A stretch of DNA of 64,000 nucleotides, taken from an uncultured Nitrososphaeraceae archaeon (GTDB lineage Archaea; Thermoproteota; Nitrososphaeria; Nitrososphaerales; Nitrososphaeraceae). A program made the position numbers and the translations under genes. Shown here piece by piece: positions 56,186-64,000 of this stretch. The notes beneath the pieces are model-generated. The model searched no databases. It worked only from the letters and a program-made list of their open reading frames with translations, and had not been told where the DNA came from. The number at the start of each line of letters is the position of its first letter. Position 1 is the first letter of the stretch. The stretch spans positions 121,778 to 185,777 of the forward strand of contig CAWGVG010000036.1 in assembly GCA_963825865.1 (NCBI GenBank), read 5' to 3'.

Positions 56186-56407
56186 TTATCATCTTCCGTC
56201 AGAAATATGTGCTCTATAATACCGACGACATTTGAGATATTTCGTGCCAATTTCATAACAGAATAAGACCTAAATTCAATATAGAGAACATGTTTACATA
56301 TACATGGAAAGTACATATTTTATAATCTCTACATACAGATAACTGCAATGTAACACAATTACGGTGCATTTATTACGTTGAAGTCATTTTAATTACTTAG
56401 TGGTAAT

Positions 56408-56966
56408 GTGTCACCTAATATAACCGCAGATGCCCGGTCAGCCACATTGACTAGATCCTTCAGATTTGATAGTGAGTTATCAAAAATTTTGGATGAAGAA
56501 GCAGAAAGAATGGGTGTTTCTGTGAATGCATTGGTAGGAATCATTATTAAAAGCTACGCTGAGTTTACTCGATATTTATCGAAAATTGACATGGTAGTTG
56601 TCAATCGTGAATTATTAATACCCTTACTCCATTCTAGAGATGAGGAAGGCCTATATACTTTAGGTATGAAACTCGGAGAAACATGTGCCGGTGGATACAA
56701 TAATGTTTTGGAAAAAGGAACTCACAGAACACTCTGTATTAGAATACATTGAAAAAATTATCTGCAGGTATGGCCATCTTGGTACATATGATGAAGTGTC
56801 TCAATCGAATAGTAGGACTATTGTTATAAGACATCGATTGGGTAGAAAAGGCTCGAAATTCTTTGAAGGCTATTTACGATCTACTCTGAAAAATACCATT
56901 GGAAAGGATGCGATCTTTGAAGTAACAGATTCATCAGTTAAATTTGAAATCAAGAATCATAATTAA
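56408..56966 (+). CDS. Ribbon-helix-helix-containing hypothetical protein (frameshifted)
   Basis: TRSFRFD…LDEEAERMGVSVNALV; C-terminal IRHRLGRKGSKF. Confidence 0.7.
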
Positions 56967-57033
56967 TGATTTACCGTGTATTAATCAAAAGGTTCATAAA
57001 TTGATGTTTGGATCCCACATGTGTACGTAAATA

Positions 57034-57636
57034 ATGTTTGCGATAGTATACATGAGTGATGTCGTCAGAATTCCACCTAACAGATTGACAAACTCTTTGA
57101 ATGCTACTGCTATTGGAATCTTAAAAGAAAAATACGAGAGTATGATAAGCCCTGAGATTGGTTATGTTATAATGATTATAGACGCCTCTGCAAACTCTGT
57201 TGGTAAGTTGGTAGCCGGTGATGGTGCGACTTATCACAGAGTAACTTTCGAGGCATTGACATTTTATCCAAAAATGCAGGCAATAGTCGAAGGTGAAATA
57301 GTAGAAATTACTGACTTTGGCGCTTTTGTCAGGATAGGTCCAACTGATGCACTTCTCCACTTGTCCCAAATCACGGACGATTATCTAAAAAGTGATGTCA
57401 AACAGGGTATAATTATAGCTAACCAGACTGCCAAATCACTCAAGATAGGCTCAAGAATACGTGCTAGGGTTACAGCGGTAAGTCTGGGTAAAGGAGCGGC
57501 GATGGGCAAGATTGGTATAACTTGTCGACAACCTTTTCTTGGCGCAACAGAATGGATTATGCAGGAGATAAAGAAGGCGAAACAGCCACCGCCGGCTGCA
57601 TCGCCAAAGGAAAAGAAAGGAGGAATTGGCAAATAA
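57034..57636 (+). CDS. rpoE1: RNA polymerase subunit E' (Rpo7)
   Basis: VRIPP, GDGATY, S1 domain EGEIVEITDFGAFVRIGP, CRQPFLG. Confidence 0.96.
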   Translation: MFAIVYMSDVVRIPPNRLTNSLNATAIGILKEKYESMISPEIGYVIMIIDASANSVGKLVAGDGATYHRVTFEALTFYPKMQAIVEGEIVEITDFGAFVRIGPTDALLHLSQITDDYLKSDVKQGIIIANQTAKSLKIGSRIRARVTAVSLGKGAAMGKIGITCRQPFLGATEWIMQEIKKAKQPPPAASPKEKKGGIGK

Positions 57637-57825
57637 TTGGCTAGAGAAGTTGCATGTAAAAAATGCAAGGCTGTGACTGTTGGAAAGGTATGCCCCATTT
57701 GCAAGTCAGTAGATCTCAGTCCAGACTGGTCAGGTGTTATTTTTATTTTTGATCCTTTGAAATCCCAAATCGCGTCAACGCTTGAGATATCCTTTCCTCA
57801 TAAATATGCTCTAAAAGTTTCATAA
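57637..57825 (+). CDS. spt4: Transcription elongation factor Spt4 (RpoE'')
   Basis: ACKKC…CPICKS..LSPDWSG…SQIA…YALKV. Confidence 0.93.
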   Translation: MAREVACKKCKAVTVGKVCPICKSVDLSPDWSGVIFIFDPLKSQIASTLEISFPHKYALKVS

Positions 57826-58698
57826 ATGAAAAATTTGCAGGTATTTCTAGGCATTCGAGAATCGCTTAGAAATTTTCTGAGAGAAGATATTGGGTATGGA
57901 GACATCACCAGCTATAGTGTTATTCAGCCAAATATTTCCGCTAAAGCTGAAATTATCTGCAAATCTAAAAAAGCAGCAATAGTCTGTGGACTTGAGGAAG
58001 CCAGTATTATATTTGACATTTGTAAATGCGAGACTCAAACATTGGCTAAGGATGGCTCATGGGTTGAAAAAGGAGACGTTGTAATGAATATTATGGGGAA
58101 AGTGTATTCTATTCTAAAGGCAGAAAGAACTGCCCTGAACTTAATAATGAGAATGAGCGGGATTGCCAATGAAACAAGAATCTTTATCGACACAATCCGT
58201 GGTTATAATGGTTCTGTTAGAATTGCCTGTACGCGCAAAACTGCGCCAGGATTGCGTTTTTTCGATAAAAAGGCGGTTGCAACAGGAGGCGGAGATACTC
58301 ATAGAATGCGCCTTGATGATATGGTTTTGATAAAGGACAACCATCTTTTACTTACTAATTCTGTAGAAAAGTCTATTAGATTGGCAAGAAAGAATGTTGG
58401 CTCGTCAATAAAAATAGAATGTGAGGTAACGAATATGGAAGAAGTAATTGCAGCAATAAATGCAGGAGCAGAAATCATAATGCTTGATAACTTTTCTCCA
58501 CGAGAGGTAACTAAAACAATAAAGAGGATTACAAAAATGGGCATTCGTAATAAGGCCAAAATAGAGGTTTCTGGAGGAATCACTCTACAAAATGTGAGAT
58601 ACTATGCGAAAGCAAAACCAGATATTATTTCCATCGGATACATAACTCATTCTCCGAAAGCAATTGATTTCAGTCTCGAAATAATGGACACTATTTAA
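57826..58698 (+). CDS. nadC: Nicotinate-nucleotide diphosphorylase (carboxylating)
   Basis: EDIGYGDIT, ERTALN, TRKTAPG, HRMRLDD..LIKDNH, MLDN, SGGI. Confidence 0.96.
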   Translation: MKNLQVFLGIRESLRNFLREDIGYGDITSYSVIQPNISAKAEIICKSKKAAIVCGLEEASIIFDICKCETQTLAKDGSWVEKGDVVMNIMGKVYSILKAERTALNLIMRMSGIANETRIFIDTIRGYNGSVRIACTRKTAPGLRFFDKKAVATGGGDTHRMRLDDMVLIKDNHLLLTNSVEKSIRLARKNVGSSIKIECEVTNMEEVIAAINAGAEIIMLDNFSPREVTKTIKRITKMGIRNKAKIEVSGGITLQNVRYYAKAKPDIISIGYITHSPKAIDFSLEIMDTI

Positions 58699-58810
58699 AA
58701 TGAGATTATTTTATTTAATTTTTTAATAGCAGCTTAAGTAGATTGGGTATACTAAAAATTAAATGGCTGTCTGGTTGTTTCTCCTATATAGTAAAACGCA
58801 AAAGGCATGG

Positions 58811-58845
<35 letters not shown>

Positions 58846-58985
58846 GAGATAATTAATCAATCAAAAGAGACAGTAAGTTAGCAATGCCGATAACAGAAAC
58901 AATTAGCGGTTGGTTTAACTTAAATAATATAGTTTTCCCATTATGAGAGTTTAGAGTTACATATATCGTAATTTGTATATCTTCT

Positions 58986-59938
58986 CTATGATATTGCCAA
59001 CATTCGTTCTATCGAAAGTTTTGCTTTCTTAGCGATGTTAACAGGCACCTTAACTTCATAAACGTTATTTACAAGTGAATTATGAACTTTCTCTAAATTG
59101 ATTTTTTTCATATATTTGCATATGGCATCTTCTTTGATAGGAATGAAAGTTTTATCTGGGTTTTCCTTCTTCATTCTATGAATGATACCTGTTTCCGTCG
59201 CAATTACAAATTGTTTTGCATTTGATGTTCTGGCATGTTTCATCATCCCCTCTGTTGATAATATATGACCTGTTTTCGTCAGTTCTCCTGTTGCCATATG
59301 ATATAATGTAGATGATGTGCAACTGCATTCTGGATGAACCAGAAAGTCAGCATTTTTATAAGTTGCAAGCATTCTATTAACTTCTTCTGCCTTTATTCCA
59401 GCATGTACATGGCATTCGCCTGGCCAGATATACATATTCCTTCTCTTTGTCATCTCCGCGACATAAGATCCCAAGAACATATCTGGAAGGAAGAGTATTT
59501 CTCTATTTTTTGGTATACTGTTTACTACTTTAACTGCGTTTGAAGATGTACAACAGTAATCTGAAAGCGCTTTTACTTCAGCCGTGGTGTTAACGTAACT
59601 TACTATTATTGCATTTGGATGCTCTGTGATCCATGACTTTAGTTCATCAGCATTAATGGTAGATGCTAATGAACACCCTGCATTTAGATCAGGAATCAAG
59701 ACTTTCTTGTTTGGACAGATGATCGAAGCTGTTTCAGCCATAAAGTGTACACCACAGAACAATATAGTGTCAGCATCAGTTTCTGCTGCAATTCTTGAAA
59801 GAGCTAAGGAATCACCTATAAAATCGGCTATATCCTGCACTTCTGGCGACTGGTAGTTGTGTGCGAGAATTACTGTATTCTTTTCCCGTTTTAAAGCTAC
59901 AATCCGATTCCTGTAATCTATATCAAGCATCGTCATAT
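58986..59938 (-). CDS. nadA: Quinolinate synthase
   Basis: LAHNYQ, GDSL, CGVHFMAE, GCSLA, YVNT, CTSSN, CHVH, HPEC, CKYMK. Confidence 0.96.
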
Positions 59939-61089
59939 CTATGGCTAACAGTGACTTCTTGTTCGTTACTGCATTTAAAGTAGTACAATCTAGGACAGCA
60001 TTGCCTGTAATGCTTACATTAAAGGCAATACTTGCCACCTTTATCGCATGAATCCTTTGTTTCGGATGCAGTTCCTAGTGAATCGTTCCTGGGGGACAAA
60101 ATTATATCAACAGTCATAAACCTTGCTCAGTAAACAAGTAAGCTCGTCAATGTTGATCTCAGTTTATCTGCAAGGAAACCAAATCAAATACTTTTTCACA
60201 ATGACGACTTTCTTTGGAAGATTTATTATTGCAGGAAAATCATCATAGTATATAGTTGGAGATCGTTTGTGTAACTATGGATTCCTCCTACCATTTTTTA
60301 CATTTTATTTGAAATACATATTGGATTTCAATAACGATGTAGCTTCCTCTATTATAAAATACAATATTTTCAGGGACTCATAATGCTTATAATGACAACA
60401 ATAGCGAAGATAGCAATCAAAAGCAATAACAACAACTTCCCCTGTTTTTGCAAAAGTGCTTATAGATATTATGGTATGTTGGAAGACAGTATATGTACAG
60501 CTTTAGCGGCGCAACCAGTAAATTTATTTTAAAGTTGTTCTATAATCGTATATTGTAGAATCTACCTTGAGTCATAACACCCATCAGAGCTAGCTCTCTA
60601 CTCTCTCAAATATCATGGTGCTTTTCTTCCCCCACCTATTCCATGTGATTGTTGTTGTTGTTCTGTAACATTGTTAGAGAAATCATCTGTCTTAATTTCT
60701 GGATTTAAGACAAAAGATTTCTGTAGTATCTCTTTACTTCCCAACTTCCAAAAAATGCTGTAACAATTCAAGTTTCATTTCCAAGAGCATAAGAAATGTA
60801 CCATTTTTCAAACCATAGTGCAAAAGTATCGTGTCAATAATGCGAGTTGATTTTTCAGATGTGCGCTTTAATAATTGAACATCGTTTAAAATATCTTCAC
60901 TGAAATCATAGCTATTTGTGTATAATGGTTGATATCCTGCTTCTTCTTCCTCTATATTCTCTTGTTGTTGGATCTCTGTGGATTCATTATTGTTATTAGA
61001 TTCTTCTACTGCTCGCCATATGTATATAATGTACTATGGTAGTAGAGTAGCACCTAAAAAGTTGTTTCAATCTGTCATAATACAAAAAA

Positions 61090-61521
61090 TTACTTATGTT
61101 TTTCCATAATTTTTTTGAGAGCTAGGTCAAGTTTCTGAATATCCTTGTCTTGTAGTAAGGTGTTATCCATTATGTCATCATCGATCTCATCTGTCTTGAC
61201 TTGTACCCCATCCTCAAAGAAGCCATGAACGTTAGATAATTCCTCCTCCTCAACAGCTTTAACCCTACTTGCAACAACAGACCTCGTTTTGTCCTCGCAA
61301 AATTCATAAAATTTCTCCATCGTAGGAGTGAGTGGTGACTTGTTTATACTAACAGCTCTTCTGAAATCTCTATCTGGCCAAATTTTTAATATCTTTGCCT
61401 TAAGCCAATTCCAAAATGCTTCGGGCTTGGCTGCGGCTAATACTTTTTTTCTTCTTGAAGGTGCCGACTTCTGAACTATCATTGATTTCCCAAGTATAAC
61501 ACACTTGATCATTGACGTCAC
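61090..61521 (-). CDS. Hypothetical protein
   Basis: 143-aa ORF, no recognised motif. Confidence 0.5.
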   Translation of the reverse strand: MTSMIKCVILGKSMIVQKSAPSRRKKVLAAAKPEAFWNWLKAKILKIWPDRDFRRAVSINKSPLTPTMEKFYEFCEDKTRSVVASRVKAVEEEELSNVHGFFEDGVQVKTDEIDDDIMDNTLLQDKDIQKLDLALKKIMEKHK

Positions 61522-61809
61522 AACTTTTGTTTGATTTCATTTTACCCATTCTTTTTGGACATACAAAAAAGTGCCTGTAGGGTGCTGCTGGGCCATAGTA
61601 AAATCTCCACCGTACTCTCCAGCAATCTCTTTTGTTCCGTAGCTGTATTTTATTATAATTCTGAAACCAATATTATCACCTTTAATCTAGTAGTAAACGT
61701 CGTAATTATATTATCCTGAGATTATTCTTTTCAGCTATAGTATTTGAGATTTTAATATCAAAAAAGTCTAGAAAGGCAATCGGTTAATAGATGGTCTTAA
61801 GATTTGTGC

Positions 61810-62235
61810 TTAACCTGATGTACTACTACTATACTTCTGTACTCGCGTGATACGAAAGCTATTGTCATCCTGTATTTTGATATCAATTATAGCATTATAT
61901 TTTTCAAACATTTCAACAGCTTCCTTATGTTCAGCTATAAGTTCATCGTCTTCAAATCTTCCGGTCTCTTCATAATATCTGCACTCTGGAACACATATTT
62001 CTTCCCTCATAGTGGGATTGCAACCATATTCACCATTGTCCCTGTATAAGTCATGGAAGTAATAGGTTTCCTTCCTCTCTTGATATCTTTGTTCCGGTGT
62101 AGTGTGCTTTAATTCCCTCTTTAATTTATAATCAAATTCATCCATCGTCATAGGGTCATAGACTGGTAAATAACTATCCATGTCTTCTTCTTTTAGAATT
62201 CCTGGAACACGTCTCGGATTTATCAATATTCTCAA
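61810..62235 (-). CDS. Hypothetical protein
   Basis: 141-aa acidic ORF with a Cys cluster; its 5' end abuts the methyltransferase fragment. Confidence 0.5.
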   Translation of the reverse strand: MRILINPRRVPGILKEEDMDSYLPVYDPMTMDEFDYKLKRELKHTTPEQRYQERKETYYFHDLYRDNGEYGCNPTMREEICVPECRYYEETGRFEDDELIAEHKEAVEMFEKYNAIIDIKIQDDNSFRITRVQKYSSSTSG

Positions 62236-62575
62236 TATTGTAGGTCAACCACACTCAATCCATCCTTATCCTGCCAAGTTCATTGGAGAGATTCCAAGGA
62301 CGTTAATCCAACATTTGAAACCTCCTTATGGTACTGCTATTCTCGATCCGTTTTGTGGTAGTGGAACAACGTTAACTGAAGCTAATTACTCTGGAATTCC
62401 ATACAGTGGGTATAGACTTAAATCCAGTTGCATGTCTAATAAGCCGTGTCAAAACAAATCTGCTACCAAATCCTTTCTTAGAGACAGGCATAATGTGTGC
62501 AAAAAATGCAAATAGTATATCAGTATTATTCCTAAAAATGAGATTCCTAACTTAAATCATTGGTTCAAACCAGAG
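62236..62575 (+). pseudogene. DNA methyltransferase (N4-C/N6-A type) N-terminal fragment
   Basis: HSIHPYPAKF, motif I ILDPFCGSGTT, then GIDLNPVACLISRVKT (frameshifted) and IPNLNHWF; truncated. Confidence 0.75.
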
Positions 62576-62654
62576 GATGCGTCCCATAGTGATTATGTAT
62601 TTATTAAAAACCAATAAGATCTTATACTGTTTACTTTACATATAGATTCAGACA

Positions 62655-62993
62655 GTGCCAGAAGTTAGTAGAATCTTATTATACAACCAGTTACTTTTTC
62701 CATCTGATTTGTTTATACAGCCTGGAGATAACAAACCAGTAATATCTGATGACCTATCAAAAGAAATGATTAACCTTTATACAGGTACAGGAATATTTGC
62801 AAGTGAAGAACCAGTAAGGAAGACAACTAAAAGACTTTATCATAAGACTTCTCGAACCTCTGATGGGAGTCTCGATTACAAGTGTGGTCAATTTAGACGT
62901 CTCTGGAGGCTGGTAACCTCCAAATTTTCTATGAAAGATTTTGATAGATATTCAAAGCTCGAATCTCATTATTTGAGCAGGCAACATCATTAA
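62655..62993 (+). CDS. Hypothetical protein
   Basis: 112-aa ORF only. Confidence 0.35.
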   Translation: MPEVSRILLYNQLLFPSDLFIQPGDNKPVISDDLSKEMINLYTGTGIFASEEPVRKTTKRLYHKTSRTSDGSLDYKCGQFRRLWRLVTSKFSMKDFDRYSKLESHYLSRQHH

Positions 62994-63575
62994 ATGGAGT
63001 CCAATTTGTCTTAACCCCTTTAGGGCAGTATCTGATAATTTTTGGGCCTCAGGAGTAAAAATGGTGCAAAGCTCCAGGCTTGCATACCCTAACTCCAGCT
63101 TCAGGAGAGCTCATGGTATTCGGATAAGAACCACTGTCATAATGCTTGTGGCTGTACGTAAATGCTATGGCAATTGCTCTGTCCATCTATCAAATGTATT
63201 ATTTGACTATCCCTTCCAATGTTTCCGCATTACAGACCAAGTCTGGATTGGGCTGGGACAATACCTATATAAACAGCATCCATAATCTTTCTTATTACTC
63301 GCATTAATAGAATTGCTGCCATACTTTCGATGGTGTTTGGTTCGTCAGATAAAATATTTTCCAGCGTTTCCAAATAACGATAAGGATACTTGCCATTGTT
63401 CTACCTCTTCATGCGAGCGTGCCCACTTAGAAAGCAGGTGAATCTCTAGTAATATACAGAATTCCGATAGCTGGATATGCCGGTACAATCAACATATATT
63501 TTATTACAACAAGAGTCATCACTATAATTTTGATTCTGTTTACACTGCTCATTAATAATAAGTGAAATGAGATCA

Positions 63576-63767
63576 TCAGTCATAATAAGTCACACCGATG
63601 TTACAATCGTTCTTGGGCTTTGACCGTAAAAAACGAAAACAGCAAGGGCATTTATAAGATTTATTCCACGCTATAAACCGTTCCCGACCAACCCAATATT
63701 TTTTGAATAGAAATCTCTCTAATAGGACAAACCACTGCCAGATTTTTTTATTTATATTATCGGCCAC
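63576..63767 (-). CDS. Small zinc-finger-like protein (possibly degraded)
   Basis: CPCCFRFLRSKP motif. Confidence 0.45.
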   Translation of the reverse strand: MADNINKKIWQWFVLLERFLFKKYWVGRERFIAWNKSYKCPCCFRFLRSKPKNDCNIGVTYYD

Positions 63768-64000
63768 ATAGTCCTCGACATTGCATTATTTTACATAAAT
63801 ACTGAAAAAGTAACAAAAATATAATTATGTCGTCGTAATAGTAGGCGTCATCGTTAATCCTCATCATCAATGTAAGGATTTCTTAGGGCAGTGAGTCGGG
63901 TTCTCCTATATTACGTCCAAGGGGATCTTTTTGCCAGTGTCGATACGTATTCGCTATCAAAAGTTAATTCCGCATCGCAATATTTGCAGTTATACATATG

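Noticed and set aside
16005-56966. Frameshifts in pmm, thiL, serB, tusA, cysteine synthase, atpF, ribL, ribK, dnaG, thiDN and others as programmed frameshifting or mass pseudogenisation
   Set aside because: They are single-base indels scattered through essential genes whose motifs are otherwise intact, with no common slippery signal. Uncorrected sequencing error is the simplest explanation.

Overview
AT-rich archaeal DNA, most likely from a soil ammonia-oxidising archaeon (Nitrososphaeraceae). This is inferred from TFB, Rpo7/Spt4, the archaeal DnaG, CTP-dependent RibK, CofE, ThiDN and the stand-alone S11 and ATP synthase F genes. About 15 housekeeping genes carry single-base frameshifts, which points to indel errors in the assembly rather than true pseudogenes. 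Positions ~16-60 kb are mostly core metabolism: thiamine, riboflavin/FAD, NAD, F420, CoA, cysteine, sugar nucleotides and transcription. Positions ~1-16 kb and ~60-64 kb are accessory regions. There are two main observations. (1) A ~700-nt GC-enriched, ORF-poor segment (~13150-13862) folds by eye on the + strand into a long enclosing rod with G-U-containing helices and multi-stem junctions. It is a candidate large structured ncRNA that I cannot assign to a known class, and it abuts a decayed copy of the 5' part of the phosphomannomutase gene. (2) An expanded family of at least six secreted small proteins shares a signal peptide and the core GNTVT..Q..KQ...SGFDN...QE..N.ICTHP...C, with variable C-terminal tails. 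All six copies sit behind the same ~130-bp upstream element, and several share a 3' terminator. They are interspersed with TnpB and DDE transposon remnants and segmental duplications. All pairings and alignments were done by eye; no database searches were run.
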